The translations under genes and the position numbers were made by a program. Under the pieces are notes generated by a model. It searched no databases. It saw nothing but the letters and a program-made list of their open reading frames with translations, and had not been told where the DNA came from. DNA of 63,822 bases from Mustelus asterias. Lineage: Eukaryota. The DNA is taken from positions 372,001 through 435,822 of the forward strand of contig NW_027590210.1 in the NCBI RefSeq assembly GCF_964213995.1, written 5' to 3'. Positions 12,860 to 25,234 of the stretch are shown in pieces (position 1 is the first letter of the stretch; each line of letters begins with the position of its first letter).

Positions 12860-13329
12860 CAGATCCAGCATCAGCTCTGTGAACATATTAAATGTTACCT
12901 TTGCAGAAATCGTCACAGCTGCAGAGCACTTAACTGGCAAGTTCCGAAATTGAATAAGTTTCACTTTGCTTGCGATACGGATTTGGAAATCACCCGTTTA
13001 TCTGTTTTTCCACTGCTTGCAAACAATTCCGTTAACTTGATAACATTGACAATTTTTAATAGATGCAGAAAATTGAGTCCCCACTCCCTCTGGTCTGGTC
13101 TGAAAACATCGCCATATTTAGGGATGTGGATCAAGAATGTGGGGGCTTTTTCCTGATCCTGACAGTGCAGCTGTAATCAATATGAATTAGCTGTGGTCGA
13201 ATTGCTGAAATCATTCATTACCGAATCTCCTTCAAACGTTGTCATAAAACGGTTCCTGTGAGATGGCATATGCATCAATAACACCTACAATTAATTAGAA
13301 ATATGGTTTCAAGGCTTCATTCTATGATC

Positions 13330-13805
13330 ATCTTGCTGGTGCCAGTACAGAGCGAGACTGCGGATAGTTGGGAACCTGTCTCGGGGGCAGGGAATTCAGA
13401 TGGTGTTCGTAAAGCAGAAGTGGAAATGAATAGGGTTGGGAAGCATTTCCCGATCAGGGCCAGTGTGATCTCCTGGACTCGTTTCGATCGCCACAGGGGG
13501 TCGGAGAGGAATTTCCCAGATTTTCTTTTCCCCATATTGGCCCTGGGGTTTTCACTCTGGGTTTTCGCCTCTCCCTGGAGATCACATGGTCTGGAATGGG
13601 GGGGTGGGGGTGAGTTAATAGGTTGTGATGAACAAAGCATCGTAGCTGTGAGGAACAGCTCGGTGGGTAGGATATTAGGATGTAGATAGGCTGGAAAATT
13701 GGGCGGGGATCCTGGATTCAGGATTCAATCCTGGACCGGGGAGCGGCGCGGGCTTGGAGGGCCGAAGGGCCTGTTCCTGTGCTGTACTGTTCTTTGTTCT
13801 TTGTT
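13330..13805 (+). mobile_element. LINE 3' end (CR1-type tail)
   Basis: gggccgaagggcctgttcctgtgctgtactgttctttgttctttg tail, as at 37150-37195. Confidence 0.6.
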
Positions 13806-14072
13806 AGTGCCGAGTTCCCAGTGACCCCCAATTAAAGAGCAGCCAATTCTTCCCTCGTCCAGCGAATCTAAGAATCAGCAGGAATCTGCCTTCGATGTGA
13901 ACGGTTTTAAATGGTGTTTATGTGGATTGTTCTCGGGGTTTGAGTTCACGGGAATATATTCAGGTGCCAATGTCAGACCCGCTGTTATAAACGGCACCCA
14001 GCAGACAGCAGCTGTGGCCCAGAAACCTGCGGCAGTTTTTGTACGAGGATTTCACTCATTCTCATCACTGTG

Positions 14073-15089
14073 AGACTCTGTGCACAGTAATAGACCGCGG
14101 TGTCAGACAGCAGCAACTCCGAGATGGTCAATCGGTACAACTTTTCTGACTTCTGGATTGTATCGGAAAAACGGGTCTGAGCGAAATCCGCCTTCAATTC
14201 AGCACCGCCGCCCGTATGCCTCCAGACAGCAAACACGGGCTGTCTGCCAGGGTATTGACGGTACCAGAATAAATAATATGCATCGTCGGTATAGGTGCAG
14301 CTTAAAGTGACATCTTCCCCCTCTGTCCGTGTGAGTGAGGATTCCCCCTGAGTAACAGAATCCCCATCGCTCAGATCTGGAACACACGGTTAAAGAAAAA
14401 ACATTCAGCAGAACTGAGGGTGAACATTCGCAGACGATGCAGCATAAAAATAGGCTTTAAATAATCTCACATTCGCATCAACTAATCTAGTTCCCGTTCA
14501 GTATCCCCAGGAGAATCCGCCGTCCCACCTCATCTCAAATGCCTCTGCCCCTTTCCCCCTCAGCGGCTAATCTAGGTCTCCCCCAACTGTGTCTTTACTC
14601 CTCTGTTCAAGTGTCTCATTGTTTTAATGTGAGTCACTTTCTACAGAGCTCCCTCGAAAGTAGATTTGCTGTAATTTCCAGTTAATCTTTTCATTTCACT
14701 CAGATTGATGGGACATCCATTTGGAATCCTCCCCGAGTGGAATCTTCCTTTCCCCGTCCACCTGACTGAACCTTATTGTGAATACATCAATCAAGTTACT
14801 CTTTAGTCTCCAGCCAGAAGAGAAATGAACCATAATGTTTAGATTGCATTCTGATCGATGTCATATCCCAATTCTGGTATCAGGCTTGCTGTGCTATTTG
14901 CCAACTGATAGTCCTGTAAGGAAAAGCCAAGAGCAAAGACTCAAGTGCTCTATGGCAGGCCCGATGTCTGATGAACTGGAGCGCCCTGCTTTTCAAATTT
15001 ATTGCTCTAGAAGTTACACTCATTTTTAAAGTGTTAAACGTACCGACAATGAATGTCACCCAGATCACAGTGAGGACGGAGCGCCGCAT
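14073..15089 (-). CDS. TRAV/DV: TCR alpha/delta V gene (V3), intact, inverted
   Basis: Leader 15089-15044 (MRRSVLTVIWVTFIV, GT donor); V exon 14376-14073 DSVTQGESSLTRTEGEDVTLSC..LFWYRQYPG..DTAVYYCAQS, open; RSS cacagtg 14072-14066 + 23 + acaaaaact 14042-14034. Confidence 0.9.
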
Positions 15090-15239
15090 TGCCGCTGTTC
15101 CAAGACTCTAGGGACGTCTTGTGTCTCCAAAAGCTTCGAATATCGAACAAGATAAAACTGAGACCATTGGCTGAGGCTGGTCTGACCTCACTTCCTAACG
15201 TATGTTCGGTAGATCTGAAATCACCGGATCTCACTGGTC

Positions 15240-15251
15240 TGACGTCATTGG
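15240..15251 (-). promoter_or_regulatory. V3 promoter (CRE/CCAAT)
   Basis: tgacgtca overlapping attgg, about 150 bp upstream of the V3 ATG. Confidence 0.6.
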
Positions 15252-15619
15252 CTCAAACTCAATTGTTGATGACAGAGAACTGAGACATTGGCGATACACT
15301 CTGCTGTTCAGAGCGAGACGAGTAAACACAGCTAGGTTGAGCCTAATTGAGCTCAGAGACATTTTTCCCTTCAATTGATCTGAAAGAATTCGCCTTGAAG
15401 AAGGAAATGCAAGTGTTGAATGTGGATGAAGATGTTCCGAGTATTTGAGTCACTGTCAATAATCAGACTGAGTTTGAGACGGGTGTCAATTGGGAAGATG
15501 ATATAAGATTTTTTTTCTGTGATAGCGACATATCAAACAGAGCGGGAAAATACAATGACAGTGAATAGGTTAAAATTCCAAATTTAGCGTGTGTTAAAAA
15601 GGTTGGTTTATCAAATACA

Positions 15620-15896
15620 CGTTAAAGGGCTGCACCCTATTGCTCAGTTTGACGTGAGCCTGACAGCGAACTCCTCTGTTCGGGGCTGCTGGGATCATTC
15701 TTGTGGATACATTCTCCAGACGCTCTCCTTTGCTGAGGGCTGGAAAAATGTTTCCAAACGTACAAGGCAAGATCTCTGCTGATTTCCACAAAGGAAACAA
15801 AACGGTCCCTTGAAATATCACGGGAGATGTTTTCTCTGACACCGCATTTCTGTGCCACACAGCCAGCAGAGAAGTAGCAGATTCGGGACAAAAACC
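15620..15896 (+). pseudogene. Degraded TCR V relic with RSS
   Basis: KISADFHKGNKTVP*NITGDVFSDTA is homologous to V2 FR3; cacagcc 15858 + 23 + acaaaaacc 15888-15896. Confidence 0.75.
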
Positions 15897-16267
15897 CCAA
15901 ACTGGGAATTCTATTGCACACATCCGAAGCATGGACATTCTGTCACTCAGCCGCTGTCCTCAGCTGCAAAGACAGAAAGATAAGCGGTGAATTTAGAATG
16001 TATCTATAATGCTAGATTTTACTCTCTGAAAAGTGCAGCATTCTGAAAATACCAATTGAACCGGTTTTGTGCCTTCTTTCTCATAAGCAAAATAAACCAA
16101 ATTAGTCGGTTCGTTCCTGACTATATGCTGATTCAAAACCTCCAAACTTTCTCCAAAATCTTGGCGTTCTCTCGACTTCTTCGTGCCCAGGATTTGAACA
16201 GAGAACTTCAGCAATGGTTTCAGCAGATTTAGCATCATTTTCCGATATAAATACCAACGGTATGAAG

Positions 16268-16401
16268 ACAAAAGCAAAATACTGTGGATACTGGAGTCAG
16301 AGACCGAAACAGAAAATGCTGGAAAATCTCAGCAGGCCTGACAGCATCTGTGGGGGAGAGAAAAGAGCCAAAGTTCCGAGTCTAGAAGACTCTTCGTCAG
16401 A
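16268..16401 (-). mobile_element. Penelope-type pLTR fragment with mutated hammerhead
   Basis: CUGACGA-A-GAGUC-UUCUA-GACUC-GGAA (GAAA mutated). Confidence 0.6.
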
Positions 16402-16784
16402 CCTTCGTCTCAACAGTATAAAGGTCGCGTTGAAAAAACCCCAATTTATATTTCTGGCTGTGTCTTGGTATGTACTGCAGTCAACCATGAATCCACTCAA
16501 CAGCCAAATTCCAGCGTGCATTAAACTGGATCCGCCAGCTGGGGACGCCAAAGAGACTCACCCAGCAACACACAGTCGGTTTTCTGGCTGAAATCGGGTT
16601 TTGTGTGCTGGTGAACTGCCATCTTGAACCGCTGCAGTCCCTGAGGTGTAGGTAAACCCACAGTGCTCCATTCACTGCCGCCCAGCTCTGAAACCAAGAA
16701 TTGGGAAACAAACGTACGCTCAGCTGTTTGGAATTAGAAAGAGACCAAATGGTCTGACTGGATACCACCTTTTCATTCTCAGAA

Positions 16785-16950
16785 ATGAACCAAACCGCAG
16801 AGGCATAGGACGTAACTCAACATTAACTTAAATCTTCACTAAAACCATTTCAGGCTCAGCCCGCTCTGTTCAACTCAACCAATAACTTCCTGCAAACATG
16901 TTGGTATTTGCTTTGTATTTGCTCCTCACAATTGCAGCTTTCTGAACTGA
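16785..16950 (+). pseudogene. Orphan V promoter + leader relic
   Basis: Aligns with 22690-22854; ATG 16898 MLVFALYLLLTIAAF* versus MSPVTLYLFLIATALLT. Confidence 0.55.
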
Positions 16951-17227
16951 CACTTTTACAAAGAACAAAATACTCTTCGTGCAGTCATGTGTTCTGTATT
17001 AACAGTATTTTCTCTCGATTTCTAAAGTGGTCTATCACATGATGATGTGAAGCATAATTATCGGATGGTAAAAGCACCGGGTTTCATCTGGACAAAACGG
17101 GCAATGGCAGTGACAGCGCACTCTGGCTTCATTCAGCACCGTTCCGTCAACCCAGACAATGCACTGCAGACGAGAAATGAGGCAAAAGCATCAAATATTT
17201 GCCGGTGACCGAATATGTTGCCGAGAA

Positions 17228-17590
17228 TCATAGCAAAGCATTCCTACAGTTCGGAAGGAGGCTATTCGGCCATCGAGCCTGCACCAACAACGATCCCACA
17301 CAGGCACTATCCCCGTAACCCCATGCAACCCCTGGTAATCTCGCTGATACTCAGGGTCAATTTAGCATGGCCAATCAACCTAACCAGCACATCTTTGAAG
17401 TGCGGAAGGAAACCGGCGCACCTGGAGGAAACCCACGGAGACAGAGGGAGAATGTGCAGACTCCACTCAGACAGTCACCCAAGGCCAGAATTGAACCCGG
17501 GTTCCCGGTGCTGTGAGACAGCAGTGGCCTAAGAATGGAAATGGACCCGGGGTTCCTGGTGCTGTGAGGCAGTAGTGCCAACCACTCTGC
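17228..17590 (-). mobile_element. HE1 SINE with partial head duplication
   Basis: SINE homology. Confidence 0.85.
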
Positions 17591-18393
17591 ATCAGAAACA
17601 ACAAAGTAATTTTTCTCCTCCCGAATGTCGATAAGTTTTTTTTTCATTTCTCAGTGAGTTCTGAATAATGTGAATGTTGATTCTGTTTAGGAACTGAGGT
17701 GTGAACCATCTGAGAGAATATCCCTCTGAACGGACTCGGTAATTGATGGACTGGGATAATGTAACAGACCGGAGTGGTACTTAAGTTTTTTTTTTCAAAA
17801 TAAAATTATTAAATTGACTGAATTCGTGTTTAGAATAATGGCTCATAATTGGCCCCTATCTGGTGAGCTGCAGACTGGAAAACTTGTGTGCCCGCCATAC
17901 CTTGTATCGATTTCACTTCCATTACACCGAAGGAGAGCATCAGCATGTCCCAATCCCAATGATTGAAGCACAAATCTCACGATGTCACAACTAAAATGAG
18001 AATTCGTGTTTGTTGTCACGTTTCTGTGTGTTGGATCGTGTGGTAGGTATTATTTTCTGGTCTGTTTCCCTGTCTAGTAACAGTACTACTTCTGAAACAT
18101 TACATTGAATGTACAACAAGCATTGAGGCATTTTGTGTTTGTGAAAGGTTAAACCGCCAAAGGGCGCTGTGTTAACGCGTTTTCAACAGTTGTAAACCAC
18201 AAACTACAGATACAGCCGCCACAGCCCCGCCCCGACCTGCCTTTGCTCTTCCGGTTATCAGCCATGTAGCCTGGCCTCTGTTATTGACATATTGTTGAAG
18301 CAGCTCAGTCTTCGTCATTGGTGGGATTTGCAGTGCAGTGGGGAAGCAAACTGTATTTTTCATCCGACAGGGTGACGGAATCAGGGAGCAGCA

Positions 18394-18860
18394 ATGCAGA
18401 AGTACCCGGCACTGCTCCTCATCATTACATCATTCCTCAGTAAGTATCTCCTTTCTTGCAAAAGATATATTCTCCCCAAGTGCTCCAACCAAGAGTCAAA
18501 AGAGTCTCGTTCATTGAGATGATGCGATGCTGACAATACTTATGGTTTTCTGTCAGAATGGAGTCACGAAGCAGCAGGGGAACAGTGGTACTCGGGAATG
18601 GCAGTGGAGGAGGGAAGCAATGTCACTCTAACCTGCAACATGAAGAGAAGCGATCGTCGAAGTTATGTGTTCTGGTACCGCCGTCGCTCTGGACAGCACC
18701 CACAATGTGTCATTCGTATCATAGGAGATAATGTAAAAAGAAACCTCGGTATCACTGATCGATTCTCTTCAATGTTTGATGCTAGCAGCAAGATTACAGA
18801 GCTAACCATTAGCAACGCAATGCTCTCTGACTCTGCAGCATATTCCTGTGCTGTGAATCA
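18394..18860 (+). CDS. TRAV/DV: TCR alpha/delta V gene (V4), open frame, atypical
   Basis: Leader 18394-18439 (MQKYPALLLIITSFL); V exon 18557-18860 with extra Cys (HPQCVI) and YSC motif; RSS cacagtg 18861 + 24 + accaaaaca 18892-18900. Confidence 0.85.
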
Positions 18861-19149
18861 CACAGTGCTTCAAAGATAGAGCATGTCCCGTACCAAAACA
18901 CACGGTGGCTTTCTCCAATTCGTTGTCAAGAGAAGTTTGACAACAATCAACAGAATAGAAAGCTGGACCTTCCGCCAATCTGATCAACCTGAAATGTTAA
19001 AACATTGAACAATTTTCCCTGTTCACTTTTTGCCTTCGCTCCTGAAGGCAGCAAATAAATCTGACAACCTGCAACAATCTGATCTGGAAACATTTTGCGA
19101 ACATCACGAGTGGCATCATGGTCAACAATAATAATCAAATGGGGCTTGT

Positions 19150-19499
19150 GGGGGATGGTGGATGGCCGGCAGTTGTCGGGGAATCCAGACTCCGCGTGCG
19201 AATCTCATCACGGCAGATTGTGGAATTTGATTGCAAAATGTCTGGAATTAAAAGGATAATTATTGTCTTTAGAAACCCTTTTGGTGCACTGAAGCCCTCA
19301 AACGGCAGAGAAGAACGAAACTTACCGCCCTTCATTAGTGGGTAAGAAGGGAGTGGGGAATCGGTTTTCTGCATCTGTAGACAATTTGAAAAGTGACAGG
19401 AATTTCGCCACCCACGGGCTGCGGCAGTCTGACAGCGCGGTGTGTTACTGCGGAATGAGAGACCGTGACAGAAGCCAGAGGAAACCTGGGACACTGCTG
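19150..19499 (+). pseudogene. Divergent V pseudogene (CG-x-RD family)
   Basis: IVEFDCKMSG... then frameshift, NRFSASVD..LRQSDSAVCYCGMRD; decayed RSS whose 23-bp spacer is homologous to that at 26627-26649. Confidence 0.75.
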
Positions 19500-20583
19500 C
19501 AGTCTGGCAAATGGAATGGGTGGCAGACGGGGAGAAAGCGGGACCTTCTGAACCTATCAGCAGATTGATGTGGCTCAAAATTAACCCGAATTATGAACAA
19601 GCTCAGTGCAACAGGTGCAGCACTGGGGAAGCTTTCCTCTCTCCCAGACTCTGCCCAATAGACGCTGAACATGATGCTCAGGTTTGTTTGGGGAATTTAC
19701 ACCATTTCGTAAATTGAGGATATTGTGGAAAAAAGCTGTGAAAGATATTGGTTTACAGCATGGAAAAATACGAAATGAAGATAAACAAATGGAAAGACGG
19801 TGAGTGGGTCAGAGTCAGAGGCCGTGGTAGATATAGAGGCACAGATTGGGAGAGACAGGTAGAGATACAGACAGATAACCATGAGGAAAGAGAATGATAG
19901 AAACGAGGGAGAGACATGGAGATAAATATTGGGACAGACAGGGGAAGAAATGAAGAAGAGACAGAGGCGGGAAGGGAAATAGATGAGGATACGGCGAAGA
20001 GGCCGTGAGGGAAACAGATGCAGATATATGGAGACAATACAGAAGGGGGAACATAGAGAGACAAATGTGCAGAGATCACTAGAAACAGAGAGATAGACAG
20101 TGAGACAACCGAAGGGGCGCAGTGAGAAAAACAATGTCCGAAGTGGAATCAGGAATTCAACAGGGAGAAATAAAAATAACATAACATAATGCAGCCCATG
20201 GATAGGCCGAATGGCCTCATTCGATGCTCACCGATTCAATGATTGTCGATGCTTCATGTCCCAGCCATAACATTTAATTTTAGACACTTGAACAGTGAGC
20301 AGGTGCAGGATGATCAGAGACTTCTGTAGATTCAAGCGTCGCTATTTCCGCTCCCACAGCATCCAGTGCAGCTGAGAGTCACGGCAAACCCCACTCAATA
20401 TTGAGCCTGTGGTAACCCCGCCCACAGCTTCCGTTTGCTGCTCTCACTCTGACCCGATTGGACAGATTGCTGCCACTGCTCCATTCCTCTCATTGGATCA
20501 GCAGTGCAGTGGGACGGGGATCTTTACTTCTGTTTCTGACAGAGGATTTCTCTCACTACAGAGTTACAGACTCAGGAAGGATC

Positions 20584-21430
20584 ATGGGGATCCAGCTCTT
20601 TCCGATCCTCATCATTATCTCACTTCTCAGTAAGTATTTTCTTCCCAATAAAACTCCATTCTGCTCCTGACTGCTGTAACCCAGATGTTATTGTCATTAA
20701 AACAACAGTGACGATGTTGATCATAGAAACCCTACAGTGCAGAAGGAGGCCATTCGGCCCATCGAGTCCGCACCGACCACAATCCCACCCAGGCCCTACC
20801 CCCACATATTTACCCGCTAATCCCTCTAACCTACACATCTCTGGACTCTAAGGGGCAATTTTTAACCTGGCCAATCAACCTAACCCGCACATCTTTGGAC
20901 TGTGGGAGGAAACCGGAGCACCCGGAGGAAACCCACGCAGACACGAGGAGAATGTGCAAACTCCACACAGACAGTGACCCGAGCCGGGAATTGAACCCGG
21001 GACCCTGGAGCTGTGAAGCAGCAGTGCTAACCACTGTGCTACCGTGCCGCCCAATGTGTTGATGATAATTGCATCGTTTAATCTGAGGCTGACTCTGATT
21101 GTCATTATTGCTGTTACTTCCGTTAGAATGGAGCCAGCAAGACAAAGTGGAACAACACGATTCTGAAATATCGGTTAAAGAGGAAAGTAATGTCACACTG
21201 ACCTGCTCCTTGGAAACAAGCAATTACAACCCTGATGTGTACTGGTACAGTCAGCAGCCCGGGAAAGCTCCAGTGTACATGTTTCAGCTTGTTGGAGAGA
21301 ATGTGCAAAGGAACACCGACCTCAATGATCGGTTTTCTTCTACATTTGATAAAAAGAACAAGACTAGCGAGCTGACGATCAGTAACACACTGATCTCTGA
21401 CAGCGCCGTTTATTTCTGTGCCATGGAGCC
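20584..21430 (+). CDS. TRAV/DV: TCR alpha/delta V gene (V5), intact
   Basis: Leader 20584-20629 (MGIQLFPILIIISLL); SINE in intron; V exon 21127-21430 VTLTC..WYSQQPG..DSAVYFCAME; RSS cacactg 21431 + 24 + acaaaaacc 21462-21470. Confidence 0.92.
20722..21052 (-). mobile_element. HE1 SINE, full length, in V5 intron
   Basis: Young intact copy. Confidence 0.92.
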
Positions 21431-22069
21431 CACACTGCTGCAGAGATATAGCGAATCCCGTACAAAAACCACACACAGGCAGTTCCAGTCAGTGCCCAGT
21501 AGGGTGCGCTCACACACACGCGGGCAATTCAGTTTCCACAGAGAGAGTGACAGGAAGATTGTTCACATTGCAGCAAAACACAACACTCAAAAACAGAAAC
21601 TGGTGTGGTTCAGTTTCACATTTACATTTGCTAATGATCGTAACTTACATTTGCAATTGAAATAAGATTGACAGATCGATCTGAGATACAGTATCGCCTT
21701 TTTTTTTGGTTTTCGATACCTTTCCCTGCCTATTTATTCCAAACACGTTCTTGTATTTACTGATTTATGGGAGTTGTGCACATTTCACTTTTCTAGTCTT
21801 TAACGTAAGAATTTAAAGCTTTTTCTGACACCTTGTACATCCATTCAGAACCTCCCCAATTCGTCTGCTCAGCGATTCAGTCCCACTTTCCATCCTCCTC
21901 ACTGATTAAGATTTCGCTTTGTATTGAATCATTTACTAACCCTGGCACTCCTAGTGCGAGGCTGCTCGGACGCAGTATGGAATGGACATTCAGCTGCCGC
22001 TCTTACAGAGAAGCAAATTTATAGAATTTCTAATGAGACATTGTTATTGAGATGAAATCCTTACAGATA

Positions 22070-22540
22070 AATCCTAGCTGTCACTTCACTGCGTGTGGTC
22101 GCCCCACGCACAGCTTTCCTGTGCTGTTCTCACTCTGACCCGCCTCACCTCTGCTGTTTTATTAGAGATTTTATTGGGGATATTGATCTTTGCCGCTTTT
22201 CCCTGTTTGGCACTGATTGGATCAGTAGTTGAATGGGGAGGTAAGATATATCACCATGTCTGAAAGAGGATTTCACAGACTACAAATTAAAAAGTGAGGG
22301 AACATCAAATGGAAATATATCAGACCATTCATTATTCCATCACCTCTTATGAAGTAGATGTTTCAACTCAACATTCATCCTGCCCCGCATCATAGCTGCT
22401 ACCCCAAACATGATTGATAACAAACTGTTTGTTATGTTGCTGTAAGAATGAATATTGTCGTTCTCCATGTCGAAACAGAGCCATCAAGACTCAGGGGACC
22501 GGTCGTTGCCTGAAATGACGGCTGAAGAGGAAAGTAATCC
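22070..22540 (+). pseudogene. Truncated V relic of V4/V5 family (promoter, leader, FR1)
   Basis: 22120-22310 aligns with the V5 promoter 20435-20585; 22478-22538 (gagccatcaagac..gaggaaagtaat) aligns with V5 FR1. Confidence 0.7.
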
Positions 22541-22802
22541 CATGTAGTGGGATGACCAAATTCACTTTGTTGCTTTCGTCCCTCCGCCAAGAGGATGAAT
22601 TGGAGATGAAGGAACTGTGAGGTCATTGCTTGAATTGGAAATCAAAGGAGCTTGAAGCCGATTGGATGTTATCTGATGATGTTTTCAGCAGTGAACCAAT
22701 CAACAGGGGCCCGGATATGACTCAACCTCTTCCCACCTCTTGAGTAAAACAACTTCAGCTTCAACCCGTTCTGGTCAAATCCGCTTCCAGCTCTCTGCAA
22801 AC

Positions 22803-23716
22803 ATGTCTCCTGTTACTCTGTATTTATTCCTCATAGCGACAGCTCTTTTAACCGGTAGGTTCACAAGTTGCTCAATTCTGTGTTGTACATCATTCCCACA
22901 TAATATATTCTGTCAGGTGGTTCGCTCAATGCAAGGGGGAGGGGGTGGGTGATCAGGGAATGGATTGATCACAACATCGAAACATTATCATGATCTCGCT
23001 GGTCTCAACACTGAGCACTGTTGGGATTGGGCACATTTCTCCCATGGAATGAGAGGGAATGAGTTGGGCTCAGATTGAAGCTCCTCTGATACCAGTGAAT
23101 GATTTTGGCAAACACCACACTTCAGACAGACAGACCGTGAGCGGTTTCCAGTTACAGGGACTGAAGGCGAGGAACTGATCTCTTTAGAAAGAACAGAATG
23201 TTTATGGTGGAAGTTTTATTTAATCCCCACAAGCCCTTCCCTTTCTAGCCGCTGAACTGTGAAATATATGTTTTGTTGTGCTGTGTGATTTCTTTCTGAG
23301 ATTATTGTTCAAGATTACGGCAGATTCTAGGAGTGGGGGGGGGGGGGGGTTCGTGGGGGGCAGAGTGAAGTCGCATTGTTTAGATTAATATTCCTTTGCG
23401 TTCTTACAGGAGACTGTGGAGGAGATTCTGTTTCACAGACAGCGGCTGCAGTCACCGTTACTGAAGGAAATATTGTTCAGTTGCTCTGTAATTATACAGC
23501 TACAAGTACTAGCACTCCTTATTTATTCTGGTACCGTCAGCATTCCAGTGGGTCCATGGAGTTTCTGCTGAGGAGGTATAAATACAGTGGCAACACTGAG
23601 GTGTCCTCAGGGGAACGTTTTTCAGCGGAACTCAATGATACAATCCGCACCGTCCCGTTGAAAGTGTCTAAAACAGAGCTGGCAGACTCCGGGGTTTATT
23701 ACTGCGCACTGAGTCC
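22803..23716 (+). CDS. TRAV/DV: TCR alpha/delta V gene (V6), intact
   Basis: Leader 22803-22854; V exon 23410-23716 GDSVSQ..CNY..LFWYRQ..DSGVYYCALS; RSS cacagag 23717 + 23 + acaaaaact 23747-23755. Confidence 0.92.
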
Positions 23717-23949
23717 CACAGAGACACAGAGCTGGGCTGAACCTGTACAAAAACTGCCAGAGCCTCGCTCAGCATAACAGAGCGTTAGGCAAACATTGGA
23801 TCAGAGTGAGTCTGAAATGGAACCTGAAATCGTGGTGATTTCTCAATCTTTCACTGAGAATATTTTTATGAATAACAAATATATTGCAAAATTAAAACAC
23901 CGGGACACTTAAAAGTATGAGCATGATAATATTTGTAAATTGTAATGTC

Positions 23950-24210
23950 CCGAAGTGTTTTATGTCGTAAACACAGCAGCTAATTTGGACTCAGCATATT
24001 ATTTCATTCAGTAATATTGCAGTGCTCTGGCTGTGTCAGTCACTGCGACTGGTGAACAGATATCGAACAGGATGTTTCTCTTGCTCTTTTTGGAAACAGT
24101 GACCATGTGGCACCTCCACCTGAGAGGGAAGACGGTGCCCCAGATTTAACAGGTCACCGCGAGGTTGGCAGCTCTGACAGTGCAGCATTTCTAAGCACTG
24201 CACTGTCTCC
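23950..24210 (-). mobile_element. Ancient Deu-SINE (SacSINE1/AmnSINE1-like) fragment
   Basis: cacagcagctaatttg..ccacctgagaggg..ctctgacagtgcagca; recognised from memory of the family consensus. Confidence 0.5.
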
Positions 24211-25234
24211 TCGGTAAGTTCCCGGAGTATTGTTCTGGATAGATTGCCGGTGTCCCCTGGAGTGGAAATAATCTCTGAAGGGACTGGAGGACAGTATTCG
24301 GGAAGTCTCGGGGCGTGGTGACCACTCATTAACCCAATCTGGGAAAAACAAACTGAAATAACGAAAATGAAATTAAAAATAAACATTATCGGTCCCCGTG
24401 GAAACAGAAAGACAATGAATGCAACCTCTACAAACAAGCATCCCTCGAAAAAAGAGAACTTACGTTTACTGATGTGACGCCTTTCACAGGCTCCAGAAGT
24501 GAAATGGGACTTGCGAACCTCAGGAATGTCATTTCCAGTGTAGTCGGTGTGGTGATGGTTACAAACGGTATCAGCGCAGCAGGCAGTGGGAATGTTTAAT
24601 TCTCAGTCAGAAATTCCCGTCACTCTGACCCTGGAGTAAAGGGATTGGGGAATCCAAATATGTGCCGGTTACATTGAACTTGTCGCAAATTTGAACCAAA
24701 TAATGGACACCTCTCTCTCTCTCTCTCTCTCTCTTCCTCTCTTTCCATCCATCCTCTCTCTTTCTCTTTCTGCGACATTGAGGAGCCATGTTGACGATCC
24801 ATATTGTCCTAAATGCCTTCCTCAGACTACCCAATGACATTAGAATACAATGCTTTATAGAGTTCCCGTTACCATGACATTAACTGTATCGCAGCTCGAT
24901 GTATTTCCATTCACTGGATTCCAGCTCACCGCCGATTGGTGGAGCAAGACCACAAAATGGCATGATTGTCTTTTGGAAGAATGAGTCGAGTCTGGTTCCG
25001 TGCTGGATCTGCCTGACAGATTGGATTCTGCAGTTTGTTTTTTCCACTGCTGCTAGAAACAGTTAGATGGTGGTTTCATCTGAGGTTAACTTGATTTCCT
25101 CTGTGTGTGGTGTGTTTGAGAGGCTGACAGCTCAGTTAACATCTGGCCAGAACGCAATCCTCAATCGTCACGGGCTCATTCCTCCAGTGTAAGCCGGTTT
25201 TTGCACGAAGCTGGGTCTTCTTCCTATCACTGTG

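Noticed and set aside
15066-15072. cacagtg within the V3 leader
   Set aside because: No nonamer at 12 or 23 bp.
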